DNA of 62,648 nucleotides, filler included, from Choristocarpus tenellus KU-1152 (GCA_964200185.2; 9 parts of 9 records of this genome joined end to end with filler, not necessarily neighbours in it), one strand, 5' to 3'. Shown: positions 1 through 12,819, numbered from the whole stretch's first letter. Program-made: numbers and translations. The notes: generated from the sequence alone by a model not told the origin.

Positions 1-348
1 CTCCCCCCCGATGGATCAGCCCCCCCCCCCCTCCACCACGCAATAAAAAAAATAGTACAGAAATAAAAAAAGTACAGTGATTGATTGATTGATTGATTGG
101 TGGATCGATCAATAGTTTGTTTTTATTTTTCAGCGCTGAAATCGGTAGAGGTGCCAGAGTTTGAACTCCCAACTAGGATAGTGTTAGGGAATGTCTCGGT
201 GAGCAAAAAAAATAAAATGAATCGGTAATTTAAAAAAAAAGAAAATACGAGGTTGAAATAAAAAATAAAAACCAATGAATTTATTCGTTTGTTTTTTTTA
301 AGTAAAAACACAAAACCCCGCTGATGAGTTCGCAACAGAAACTCAGCA

Positions 349-395
<47 letters not shown>

Positions 396-470
396 ATTTT
401 TTATTTGTACATCCTTCAAGAATCACACCGCCTGCGATTGTTTAGAAGTGTACACCACTATGTTGGGATT

Positions 471-532
471 TACATTGAATGCAAACCTTGTGCTGCACCT
501 TTGCGTGCAGCACAAGGTTTGCATTCATTGTA
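471..532. other. 28-bp stem / 6-nt loop hairpin (one mismatch)
   Basis: tacattgaatgcaaaccttgtgctgcac-ctttgc-gtgcagcacaaggtttgcattcattgta. Confidence 0.9.
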
Positions 533-737
533 GAGTCGGTACTCCTGGCCATCCTCCCAAACGAAAATCCACTCTTCTCATCCACCCTTCTCACCATACT
601 GTTCCGTCAAGGCTATTATTCTACTCAATCATGTTTCTTCAGCCATTCAACACTCTTATTCTTGAAACACAATTAATGATTTTGATCAAACGCACGTATG
701 ACATGGCCACTACATTGTATCCCCCACTAACCCTATA

Positions 738-815
738 CCCTAACCCTAACCCTAACCACCTATTATATAAAATGTGCAACACTTACTGAAAAACCCTAAC
801 CCTAACCCTAACCCC
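738..815. repeat. Interstitial telomere-type (CCCTAA)n arrays. Also at 1698-1713, 3098-3160, 3390-3408, 3862-3879, 5049-5062, 29749-29774, 60673-60692
   Basis: Directly visible arrays of 2-4 units on both strands. Confidence 0.9.
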
Positions 816-1814
816 AATTAGTACTAAACCCAGGTAATGTTTCCAAACATACACAAACATACACATACATACATAATACATACATGTGCATGGAAAAATA
901 GAAAATAACACTATCCACCAGTCGCAACCCTAGAAGTATCGTGGCGAGAACATCAACAGAATACCATTGACAACTTCTTTAAATTACACACCTTCCATAT
1001 CTTCCCTGTGGATACATGAGACACACACACAGAGAGAGAGAGAGAGACGGGATGGGACGGGACCTATGGGAGCTTCATTCTTCTCAGGATTTTTCACTGG
1101 GCAGGGGAGTCAGCACATCCACAGTCAGTCATACAGCTCCGGGGCAGCCATGTTAAAGCAGTTCATGAACATGAACTCGGCCACGTTCAAATTTGCTCTT
1201 ACTGGGCCACCCAGCGACCCAGCCTTGTCTTGTTGAAGTAGTGACGGTCATAATAAAAAATAAAAAAAACCTGGCCATGTTCAAATATATCAAACATATC
1301 ACATGTGGCCCGGCTGGGTAAAATAAAAATAAATGACACACACAGGCCGACCACATGTCACAGTACATTATACAGATCCATTTCAATCTCTGAACGATTG
1401 ATAGCGATGGACGCCACTACGATTTCAAATTGCCGAACGAATTCCATTGGGCGGTGATTAAGACAATGGTAGAAAAATATATATCTGTATATATCTATCT
1501 ATCTATCTATATATATATATGTATGTATCTATCAACTGAAGCATTTTGCAAGAAATGCGTTACGTTGGGTACTACAAAATTTAAAAAAAAATTAAGTCCG
1601 GTGATGAACACAAAAAAAAATACACAAGGACAGTAAGTAGGAAGGCGACTACTTTCTAGTCTCTTTTTTTTTTTTTGAAGTGAAGTGAAGTGAAGTGCTA
1701 ACCCTAACCCTAAGTGAACCGTACATATTTCATCGGTGAGGGAACGGCAATGAGGAATGGAGAGCCGTTCTAGACGCGCGATTCTTGTGCGTGCGTTTTA
1801 GACGCACGATGGCG

Positions 1815-2373
1815 CGGTCCACCCAACAACAAAAACGATCTGGCCCTGCTGACTGTTGGGTAACGGTTTCTTGTACCCTCGAATCTTTTGTTTCTTAAAT
1901 TTATGGATGGGGTGACCCCAAAAAAATTGGACCAGTCTGTTCGAGTTACAAAGACTGTTCCAGGAGCAGACCCGCCTGGGCCTGAGGACTTGGACCAATA
2001 CAGCACATACTGGATATGGTCTGGACCCCTCAGAAGAGGTTTGACCAACCGGCGGGCATGGTTCAGACATGTTGAAGAACAATAGGACCGGGTCCAGCCG
2101 GCGGGCATGTACTGGTACAGTACCTACTGGGTGTAGTCCAGAGGCCAGAGACTCCCATTGAAACAGCCAATACACCAGTTGCTCAGTTGGGTCTAACTCT
2201 GTGCCCACCTCTGGAATACGATAGATCCCTAGAGAAGGAGAGAATATCTGTCGTGGGGAGGGTCGATGTACCCGGAAAATGAGAGGAATTTTCTCCAAAA
2301 TTTAAGACCGGAATCGGTATGACGCAGAAGGACACTTTGCTTGGTGGGTTAGACCAACTCAGAACAGACCCTG
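1815..2373. repeat. GGACC/GGTCC-rich dispersed repeat, possibly a hAT-type non-autonomous element. Similar tracts at 9283-9484 and 22245-22820
   Basis: Dense ggacc/ggtcc motifs in both orientations. Each tract ends in ..CCCTG (reverse complement of CAGGG). Confidence 0.4.
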
Positions 2374-3930
2374 GCCTCAAGGTCACCCAACATCAGGAGG
2401 CCAAGACACCACTCTCCTTGCTCATTGGTGTGTGTGTGTCCACGGGCCATTTCATTGGATGAGCTAGAACCTCGCAACCCTTCACATTCACAGCCTCCCT
2501 GTTGGTGGCACACAACCAGTGAAGCCGGTGTGAAAAGCACACCCTTGACAACACAGCAATCAATGTCATCCTACACATACATTGTACTTGAACCCAAAAT
2601 GACACACACACACACACATTAGTTGTACACACACACACACACGGACTATACGATACATCAAGTAACACTCCATTCAGAAACATACAGAACATATATTGTG
2701 TCCAGTAATACCCCTGTCCAGAACTTACAGAACATATATTGTGTCCAGTAATACCCCAGTCCACAGAGGACTGCAGAGAGTTAGGAGAGAGCAGAGGAAG
2801 AGCTAACAGCAAGGCCTTGGTGTCATTTGTGGTATGAAATACAACAACAACAAAATTAACGTAGTAAAGCTTTTGGACCGGAGTATTCTTGGACGTATAT
2901 TATGTTCTACTGGGTGTGTTTTAGAGGTTCCACTCTCACAAGAGTTCGGTTGGTTGCTGACTGTTAAGGCCTTGTCCAATCGTATGTAACGGTGTGTGTA
3001 ACTGTCAGATATGTTGATGAGGTTGCAACGACTGTTATTGTGTAACTACTGCCCTCTGCCACAGCACTGTAAGGAATGGTTGCGGAGAGAATGTCCAAGG
3101 GTTAGGGTTAGGTATCGGCAAAAGCGTACACATAAGGGCTAGGGTTAGGGTTAGGGTTAGAAATTATTTACAAGAGAGTCCTGATTGAAGTTTTTGTTAC
3201 ACCTCACAGCATGTTCTGGTCTGTGGCTGGAGCTCAGTTTTTCACAGCAATTTGGCATGCGTTTTGTCTCAAATTAAAATACGGTTTCGGCAGCACGCAT
3301 TTTTTGCACATCATCAATGCTGACAGCAATACCCTGCAATAGATGTAAATTAACGATGGCAGGGGCTGTCATTTGCTACTTACCTCTCTCTAACCCTAAC
3401 CCTAACCCCCCAAGTCATATTACATTGGGTGTGTGTTTATCATGCAGGTAGGTTGTTCTGTGCATGCAGTTAAAAAATATATATTATACTCGAGTACTGC
3501 AATAATATATTTTACCAGGGTGACAAGTTGAAGATTGAAGATTCACCGCTACTGTAAAGCTAAAGCTACATTCAATAGCGGTATTTACATTTTTGCAATT
3601 TCAAGACCAGTGTAACTCTGGACAGTAGGGCTACGCTAAGTTCACCCCCACCACGGTATGGCCATAGTATTAGAAAAACTGAATAGTAAGGTCATTGCAT
3701 TAGAGGACCATCTGAATGGTAGGGTTGTTAGCACCCGTAATCATCAACAGTTACAGAATCATTACGGTCATGCACAGTTTTCCCACGTCCCTATGGTTGC
3801 CAACAGCTGGTTGTAGATTTCCAATGATGTGATTGCGGTAGAGACCAACTGCCACCATTCTCCCTAACCCTAACCCTAAACCACCACAAAACTGTGTATG
3901 ACTAGACCCCTGCTATGTTTTGAGCTGGTG

Positions 3931-4756
3931 TGTTACAGGACGTAGGGTTTATCATGTTTGTTTTTACACGGCGCGACTATAATTATTATTATTATATCAC
4001 ACAAAAAAGACTAATTATTATTATTATATCACACAAAAAAGACTACAATTATAATAATTCTATCACACAAAAAAGACTAATTATTATTATTATATCACAC
4101 AAAAAAGACTATAATTATAATAATCCTATCACACAAAAAAAGAAACCTCATTAGGGAACAACTACAGGAGCAGTACTAGAACGCAGATACAGCTGATAGA
4201 TGGCGTGCGAGACGCACGTGGTTAATGCGATCACAAACACAAGAACGAGAGCCGGTCCGGTACCGATATCATAAGATCAAGTGCAAGAGTTGAGTACATC
4301 GGTGTTCTTGTAAAAGCTGATTAGACCGGTCAGCTTTCAGGTTCGTAAAAAATAATTATACCGCATAAAATTATGTGTTACATATTAGCATGTGTTATTA
4401 TAAGCATGTGTTATATTTTAGCCAAATGACGAGTCATTGGCTCAAGCACACATGGAAGGAGATGTGAGAATATCAAAAGCTGACATTGGTAAGGAACAGG
4501 TATGACATTTGTGAGGTATATATAGATGACGTCAGTAAGGTACAGATATACGACATTGATAAGGTACAGATAGGTAAACTAAAAGCGATTCTTCTTATCC
4601 AACTGAAGTTAGACAGTACACATACACCTAAGTAAGCAGGGTCTAAGTAAGCAGGGTCTCGAGTCCCTGCAGGGATCACTTCGCGCTATGACATCCCGTG
4701 GCACACTCCAGTCTTTAAAAAAAAAAATCTGAAAAGGTATGTCGCGTCCTGTAACA
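3931..4756 (-). mobile_element. LTR of 826 bp, probably the 3' LTR of a minus-strand LTR retrotransposon
   Basis: TG...CA ends with a 12-bp inverted repeat (tgttacaggacg / cgtcctgtaaca). On the minus strand it is preceded by a PPT-like gaatgggggac (4757-4767). There is no TSD, as expected for a non-solo LTR. Confidence 0.7.
3975..4145 (+). repeat. AT-rich minisatellite, 5 units of 30-33 bp (gacta[ta]attattattattatatcacacaaaaaa), inside the LTR
   Basis: Directly visible tandem units with alternating long and short variants. Confidence 0.95.
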
Positions 4757-5211
4757 GTCCCCCATTCAAGACAAAAAATAATAACCTACGTCTGTGTCTT
4801 CAAAAAAAACCTTGAAAAAAAAAAAACATTTGGGAGTTTGGTCGCAAAAGCTCCGTTGCACTTTTTTTAAATTAAGTTCTCCAGGATGAGTAAAAATCTC
4901 TCTCTATATATAGATACAGATTTTTAAAAAGGTTTCATATTTTTTTTCTCTCAAATTGAAAAGCGGTGAGATGGGTCCCCCCATACATCGGGGGAATACA
5001 CGAAATGACTCTCACACAGTCACGGGCAGCCTAGCCAATTAAGGGGGGAACCCTAACCCTAACTCTCAACATTGTGAAAGGATGAACCGACAACAATAAT
5101 AGTATTCCGCTCTTCAACCCTAAGATTGAACTCAGAGCTGCTGTCAGAATCTATCTATCAACAAAAGCAGAAAAAAAAGCCCTGTCACTTCTAGTGTAAG
5201 CCATTGGGGGA

Positions 5212-5311
5212 NNNNNNNNNNNNNNNNNNNNNNNNNNNNNNNNNNNNNNNNNNNNTTAATTAATTAANNNNNNNNNNNNNNNNNNNNNNNNNNNNNNNNN
5301 NNNNNNNNNNN
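5212..5311. other. Artificial contig-joining spacer N44-TTAATTAATTAA-N44. Identical copies at 8965-9064, 16672-16771, 26613-26712, 31316-31415, 38330-38429, 49474-49573, 59133-59232
   Basis: Eight identical 100-bp blocks. The 12-mer is palindromic and puts a stop codon in all six frames, as concatenation linkers do. Confidence 0.98.
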
Positions 5312-5707
5312 GGAGGTCGACGGGGGGGGGTGCCATGCTGACGTTCTGACCCTTGACGTGCCCAGTTCTGGCCTCAAAATCACCCCAAAAGACCCCTACT
5401 TTGACAGCTTGAAGCACCTTGAGTTTGTACCTGATGCTCATCGACCCCCACCTTTTTGGAAAGCTGAGATTGTCAACCCGGTTTCCTCTGTGGGGTTATC
5501 ATCCGATTCGGCACCGTTCTCGCTTGACGAGCCCAGATATTTCACGGCACAAACTTACGGCACAGAGGTAGTATACATTTTATCTACTCCAAAATGTTTT
5601 GGAGTAGGTAAAATGTCATAAAAAACCTGTGGGAAGCCAAGCCCCAAACGGACAAACAGGGCAAAACTCCTACGCCCTAAGATACTTTCAGTCTCCCAGC
5701 TCGGGCC

Positions 5708-6975
5708 CTAATGCCACTGCAGTGTCAGTGTCACTTGTTTTTCTCCTCCAGGTTGTTTCAGGGATATGGTCAGCATCCCATGTCCCTTGACAGTCAGCAT
5801 TGTTCCGTCTGCCTGCCTTACAGTTCCATTTACTGCCACAAATTCCTCCATACCCCTCGAATCTGGGGTCATGTGTTCTGTTACTCCAGAGCTCCAGAGT
5901 CCAGAATCCACTGTTCTGAAATTGCAGTTGAAGTTGGTGGTCGAGCCATTGAAACTACTGTCAATGCTCACACCCAATTCCCATTTCCACAGTGGCAGTC
6001 CCAAGCCATATGCCTATACTTTCTGCATTTGTTACAGGTCCCATTAAACGTGGTGACCTTCCTCTCGGTAATCTTTCCGCTGCCCCAACAATCTCTAGCC
6101 ATGTGACCAAACTTGCCACACGACCTGCAAGTTCCTTGGAACTGCCCTTGATGATTTGTGTATTCTGTTCAATGTGCCCTGCCTTGTTACAAAGTTGGCA
6201 GATTTTCTTCTCCACAGGAGCAGTCAGTGCCTGAACTCCAGCAGATGTATTTGGCTACTGTAGGTGATCGTTACCACTGGGATATGACTGCTTTGATCCT
6301 CTTCCTTGTGAGAGGTGATTCTCCATCCAGCATTTGCTGCTGAGTCTCGTACTCATTGGATAGCCCACTGGTGATTCCCATCGACACTTACTATTCGGAA
6401 ATGATATATTCCATCATAGCAAGCCTATTCACGATCCACTCCAGGCGTAATATGAACTTCATGGGGCCTTCGCCTCACTCCATCTTCATCATGCCAAATT
6501 CTCCAAGCAGTCGTCAAACTTCGCTGTACGTGTTGGGTTGATAATAATCTTTCAATGTTGTCCACGCCTCACTCAAAGATTCTGCTTGCACAACAATGAT
6601 GAAAGTCACATCCTTGCATGTGGTAACCAATGAACGCCAGGCAATCTCTGCCATCTTGTACTTTGTTCCATCCACTTGTGATTTGTTGAAGTTGTTGCTG
6701 CTGATCTATATTACTTCTTCCGCCAGGACTCTGAATCCTCAAGCGCAACTCAGTGTGTGAACATTGACCATGTGCACGACAGATCAGCCCAGCCACTCTT
6801 CTTCCTTGCCGGATAATGTCTTGAGGTTGATCTTCAGAGCCGAATATGTCGCTCTCTTGTGGTACTTGATGCTTGTTGCTACTGCTGTTCTTGTAGGTTT
6901 CGTAGCGTCTCTGCCATTGGTGTTGCAATCTGCGCCCCAAATTCGTTCACAACCTCCAATGTGTTGGTTGCCATT
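5708..6975 (-). mobile_element. Ty1/Copia retrotransposon gag-protease remnant
   Basis: Two CX2CX4HX4C-type knuckles (CQLCNKAGHIEQN; CNKCRKYRHMAWDC) are followed by a Copia protease signature, SGVTEHMT..F....GTVRQADGTMLTVKGHG. The reading frame is shifted. Confidence 0.85.
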
Positions 6976-7269
6976 CTTCTGAGGGGGACCGAGACAATCT
7001 GTAGTGATTTTTGCCGCAGTGATGGCTCTTGCTATATCGTGTTTGAGTCCACGTCTCTTCCTTTATTTTATTAGATGATCACTTAGAGCGTTTTCTTGTT
7101 TATCCTTTATAATACTAATATCTCATGAAGTGAGAAGACTCAAGATTGGATGTTTGGAAGTGAGGACCATAACAACGATGGGGGGGAGGGGGGAAATCAT
7201 GTCCTCTTTCCAGAACATCTGTTTGTTCCAGAACTTTTTCTTCTCTTTCGTTCCACTTCTATTCCTCAT

Positions 7270-8260
7270 CTCTGGAATACTTACGTTGTACCCAGAATAC
7301 CCCACTCATTCCATAATGACCTAATAAAATCCCACTTGCTCCATGAAATGTTCCATTGTCGACGGCAATATCCCGCTGATGATGTTTGTGCGACCTGTAC
7401 AATATATTCCAACTTAAAACAGACTTTAAATTCAAATCGGCCTGAACATGGGTACCTCTTGTTTGCTTTGGCTTCATCTATGGCTACCAATCTGCCTGGC
7501 GACTGTGCACTGCAAGGATTAATCTTCCGTATGTCCTCTCACGTGCTGGTTATGGCAATGAGCCTTTCTGGACGAAAAACATGGTCAAAATTTCGTATCA
7601 GATATTAGGTACAGGAGATGGTTCTCCTGACAGGGGAGAAAGATAACAGAAATGAGCAGAACTCGAAATTATGGTGCATCCAGTGCAGTCCCTGACCAGG
7701 TAGGTGGCCCTTCGAGTGAAAGTATCTAAGAGGGTACGAGTTTTGTACTGTTTGTCCATTTGAGGCTTGGCTTCCCATGTTTTTTTTAATGACCTTTTCC
7801 TACTCCAAAATTTTTAAGAGTAGGTAAAATGGTACGTTATGAAAAGGTTTGTCCGAAACATAGATATTGACACTTCCTAACAAACACGATAGCCAAAATT
7901 ACATCAAAATCGCAACATTGGATTTTGACCCCAAAATGGACAAGGCTCTACCCTCTAAGATACTTTGGCTCCTTCGCCTTCTACAACAGGCTCATCCGCA
8001 CCTGACATGTGCATTACCAGGTGCGCTGCACTCAAGCTTCGATTGCATCGATTTTTCTTAAAGCCACCTGGAGATACCTTGAAATAATGACGACCAAAAT
8101 GACATACCTTCATGTGTGACAACGATTATAACAAGTAAACATGGGTTCATTGCCAGCAAGTGCTATGTTCCTTGTCCTATGCATTGATGATTTGATTCGA
8201 GCAATATCGCTAATGCCAGGTTAATGATAATGGATCGACATGATGAACCCAGCGGCCACT
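7270..8260 (+). mobile_element. Possible Sola-like transposase remnant, interrupted by the 7714-7971 MITE
   Basis: WNTY..P.DDVCATCTIY (cf. P..DVC..C) and HTFMCD..CIDDLIRAI (cf. GHT...CD). Heavily decayed. Confidence 0.3.
7714..7971. mobile_element. Sola2-like MITE with 4-bp TSD CTTC
   Basis: Termini GAGTGAAAGTATCT..AGATACTTTGGCTC, with CTTC on both sides (7710-7713, 7972-7975). A related inverted copy lies at 5529-5693. Confidence 0.75.
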
Positions 8261-9088
8261 GCTATGAATTTCGAACTACCTAAATCAAAGTGATGATACA
8301 ACATGTGCATATTGGAACAGTAGATGTTTATCATGCCTTTACCAAGGCAACTGAAAAGTGCCCATGTAATGCTCCTGTGACAAGAGAACAAAGTCCAACC
8401 AGAACTAACCAGCATAGACTACAAGCAATACAGAAGAAAGAGGCATGGCAAGCACAGAAGTTCAATCAGCAGAATACATGTAACAGAAGCAGAGCAAAGC
8501 CATACATGCACACATACACACAACCACATCTAACAATAATGCAAAAAAACTTCCAAATAGGTAACTCCTAGGCTCTTGTCTAGGGGATAAATACACGTGG
8601 AAGAATCAGCATCAACAGTTGCAAAACAATAAGGCAACAGCCATAACATACAACCACTAAGGCACAATAATCCTCTGCACAATTGGATCGAAGCAGTAGC
8701 AGAAAGGAGACTTCTTGCTGTGGAATTTCTGCCCCTAAGGCCACACAACAAACCGGTATACCTGCCCCACCTGCAAAAAGGCAGGAAAAATGCGGCACAG
8801 GGCTCCATTTTCTTCCTTTCCTATGTCAACACCACCTGCTCACTGCAGACAAAGCGACCATACTGCTCACTCTCTGCTAAACAGGCACACCCTGCCCTTG
8901 ATGTCCTTACCTCCCCCCCTGTCCCCCGCCCATGCAGTTCAGAGGGAAGCCACCAAGGCTTGAGNNNNNNNNNNNNNNNNNNNNNNNNNNNNNNNNNNNN
9001 NNNNNNNNTTAATTAATTAANNNNNNNNNNNNNNNNNNNNNNNNNNNNNNNNNNNNNNNNNNNNGTCCATTTGACTCAAAATAAGTAA

Positions 9089-9266
9089 GGCTCAAAGTAT
9101 CTAAGGGGGGGAGGGGCCTACACCAGGATGTCCATTTGGGTCCTAACCAGGAAAAATACACTTATATTTTCCATCGGACATATGCAACCAATTCACCCAA
9201 AAATCGCGACATGAAAAAAAGGGCCCCAATTGGACAGTTGCCACCCCCCCCCAGATACGTTGAGCC
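9089..9266. mobile_element. ~180-bp MITE of the G..AAAGTATCT-GGGG TIR family. Other copies or ends at 16602-16671, 16772-16793, 31416-31436, 36904-37098, 57790-57867, 59048-59132
   Basis: TIRs ggctcaaagtatct..agatacgttgagcc. The internal sequence aligns by eye with 36904-37098. Confidence 0.85.
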
Positions 9267-11261
9267 GCAGTTTAAATGATCGGGACATGATCGAGAATGC
9301 TAGACCCCGTCTGCCTGCAGACATGGACCAGGTCCAATATCCCGTGGACATTATGTTCAGATATTATAGAGAATGTTTCACCTGGTCCAGCCAGCGGACA
9401 TGGTCCAGGACATGAAAAAAAAATGAGACTGGTCCGCCAGCTGACGGAACCATTATTAAATTGTATACCCGGTCAAGAGCCCTGACCTTGACATACCCTC
9501 CCTCCAATATATGCTTCCTTATGTAAAGTCTTGAATAAATCGCTATGTTTTAATCATTTACTCCCACCCCATTTCAAAAATCTCAGAACACCTGTAGTGT
9601 AGCTTCATAACACAGTGGCGAGTGCATTTCCATGGTTGAAGGATATATATGAGATTCATAACGTCAACGGAAGTAAGAAATTGAACATGTGTTATTGTTG
9701 ATACCCATCGCCATCACCATGCAACAATTGAAACGGAGACAGAACATGACTGAACAAAAGGCTTGAGAGATTACCATTATATACTGTCTGTCAAATCTGT
9801 CGAAGGGGTTAGGGTTGGAGTTAGGGTATGCGCTACCTTGATCACCTCTACTAGGTGCTATTTTGACTCTTTTGAGTTAGGAAGGTTTGTACCCTTGTCC
9901 TCTAAGCCATCATTCTTACCCTGTATAATATACTCCATCCTACTGGTTTATGTGCACAATAATGTATGTAAAATTGACATTTCCCCCTTTCCACACACAA
10001 AAGTCGCACCACAATTTAGCCAAGACTCTTTCTGCAATTGTACCAAATTATAATTTTCTTCCCTTTGTCGGGATCCTTAAAATGTGATCTTGTCTACTTC
10101 TCTCGTTTTAGTTTGACTCATAAGTAGTGTGATATTTCCGATTTCCTTCTCAGTTGTGGGTTTAATGACAGCAGCACAGAAACCCATGTTGTTTCCATCC
10201 ATCATACATCACCATCACTATACAACAATCGCAACAGAAATAGAGCATAGCGGAAACAAGTCTTGAGAGACAGACTACTACCGTTTGTCAAGTCTGTCGA
10301 TAAGTGGTGTGATATTTTCTACTTCATTTTCAGTTCTGAATGAAGACGGCAGCGTAGACACCCATGCTAATTTCGTAGATGTTGAGTTACTGAGAGTGCA
10401 GAGACCTGGTTGTTTCTCCCCCTATGGGCAGTATGTTGACCTCTGTCAGCATCATCTTGATGCTGGTTCAGCTCTTCGCTTAGTACAAGACAGATCTCTG
10501 ACCACTGGCCACTGTACGTCGAGAGCACAGCACACTCTCATTGCATGCCTAGCAGTACTGCCAGTAGTACTAGTAGTTAGTAGTAGTGTTCATAACCTCT
10601 ACTGTTATTATGTTATAGTGCAACACAATGGGACACTATCACAGTACCTGGGAAAGTGTTAAGGGTAACATTAGATTTGTTTTATGGCATAGCGTATGCT
10701 AAGTATAATGACAGCATATATTCTGTGCGTTCTGGATCAGAGTGTTAAGAGCATTACAAAGTGCTATATATGCTATGGTCTGGAGTGTTCTGGATATCAC
10801 AATGTGTAGAACGTTTGGGTGTCCAAGGTGTTGAACTACTTCTCATATACTAGGATACTGTTTTGTACTGACTGTTGCTCTACGACTTGCTGAATTCCCT
10901 CTGTTCTTGCCTTGCTTCTGGCGCGTTGGGTTCAGTACTCCCACCCCTCTTCCCTCCCTCTCCTCCCTTGAATCTTGTCTTGGACCCACCTCGAAATTTC
11001 CACCTCAAATGTCGGTGGGCATAATTGTGGTGTATTCCACATGCAGGATCTATAATAACATTATATCATGGAGGGATACAATAACCAAGATATTAACTAT
11101 AGATTCTGGAATGTTTCGAGCCACTTTGCAAAACAAAATATGGTTAAAAATGTAGGAGGAAGCCAGATCTCATTGAAATTGGTTTGAGAAGGTAACCCTA
11201 CGTGAAAGCCAAGATACATGCTGATTTAGACCCCAAACAAGTGCATAATAGCATATGCTAT

Positions 11262-11503
11262 AGTAAACGAGAGAGGTACCCAGGTCTTGGTTGATTTGCA
11301 TTTGAAGTGTGTGTGTTTTCAATATTTTGAAATTCACCCATTTTTTTTCGGCAATTCTTTGACTTGAAAGCGTTTATTTCTCTAATGTTTGAAACTAGTT
11401 GGGCATAATTCAGAAAATATTCTCCACACATTCGTAAAAAAAAAAAATTTGCAAATATTTGTCGACATCTTTAAAATGCAACCCTGGGTACCTCTCCTTT
11501 ACT
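11262..11503. mobile_element. MITE with TIR gagaggtacccagg. Related longer elements start at 36356 and 47359
   Basis: Inverted repeat at 11271-11284 / 11483-11496. The terminus gagaggta...gttgcattttaa recurs at 36356-36600 and 47359-47600, which are colinear homologues. Confidence 0.75.
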
Positions 11504-11779
11504 TCGACTCCGTGCACTTTCTAAACGAGGGGAGTATCTGATTTGGGGGGGTTACTAACTCTTTTCATATTTACACGATTGTCTTGCCTGTTCATGATAC
11601 CAAATCTAAGTAATCGGATCGCTGATATACACAATAGGGTTTGTTTTTGGTGGCTCAATTCAAATCGTTTTTGGTAACAGTGCAGAACAACTAAAGAAAA
11701 TAGTGTTTGGAGGACTCTTAGCGTTGCTGGGTTGTCTATTGATATTCATAGTTGAATTACAGCCTCAAATTCGTAACCT

Positions 11780-12410
11780 TAGATATTGTCATTGTCACTA
11801 TCTTCCATCATGAGTTCTATCTCATAGTCCTGGAAAAACTCCTCATCTACTCTCCCCCTACATCATCCATTGAACTCGTCAACTCTTCCGCATCTCTTAG
11901 AACATTCGTTAGGTTCTTGGGTAATCGTTCTATATCGAAAAGCTTACTGTTTCCCATACCATCAAAACAAATCTATGGGATGAAACTTTGGTACATATAA
12001 GGCGGTGTCCAAATCATATAACATGGACGCTTGTCGTATCCCACTCTCGCTGGTGGGCAGACAGACAACCTCGACAACCTCAGTTTGGTCCACATACGAT
12101 CGTAGACTACAAGCTGATAGGACAGGACCAGCAGCAGTACATGTACCCGTCTCTCGGAAACAAACTCTGCGTTGACCAACTTGAGTTTATCCAGTTGCTC
12201 TTGGGCATCAGTGTCCCTAACGTCTTGGACATCATATCTGGTCGCGTCTTCCATCCATTTCTTCCTCAGCCCTTGTCCCGTCTTTCCTCGGCCTCCCCTT
12301 CTTGTTTTGGGGTATCCCTACGTCTGCGGGAGGTTCCTCTGAGGCCCGTCTCTCGCTTTTTTTATGTTCACCATCGTGAGATTGACTTTGACAACAACAA
12401 TCAGTAGAAG
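11780..12410 (-). pseudogene. Decayed coding fragment with an AT-hook-like KKGRPRK and an acidic tail, probably TE-associated
   Basis: Overlapping frameshifted minus-strand ORFs 12232-12483 and 11973-12254. Confidence 0.3.
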
Positions 12411-12819
12411 TTAATATTTGTGTTCTCGAACACGAATTATGATGTGTTTTGTCAGCAGTGCGTAGAACATAAAAGAAATCCAAGATATATCAAGACACGA
12501 AAAGAAACCCTCGATGTTTATGTTGAGATTAACAAGCAAAATATTTGGTAGGTAGAGTTGAAGTGTTTCACCGACTTGAAGGTCAAGTCAAATGTAATCA
12601 CTCCATTACATTATCAGAGGTAATCACCATACATAGAATGAGATAATTCCAATTAGAGATATGATGACAATATTTCAAAAAAAATGAAAAAAGTCATGAC
12701 GAGAAAAAATTACGATGTGGAATTTCACCATCCAAACCAAACACCACTATGATGAAAAGAACCCTGTTATAGATCATGAGAAATTGATAGAGAGAACAAT
12801 ACTGCTGTAATAACAACGA

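Noticed and set aside
3975-4145. CRISPR-like array
   Set aside because: The units are head-to-tail with no unique spacers, no cas genes are present, and it lies inside an LTR in a eukaryote. It is a minisatellite.
5212-5311. Recurrent TTAATTAATTAA palindrome between N runs as a biological repeat
   Set aside because: It is an identical 100-bp artificial linker that joins unrelated contigs.
5575-7830. Inverted repeats flanking the Copia fragment as one composite transposon
   Set aside because: The TIR tips (5693 and 7714) point toward the Copia fragment, so they belong to two separate MITE copies, and the right-hand copy has its own TSD.
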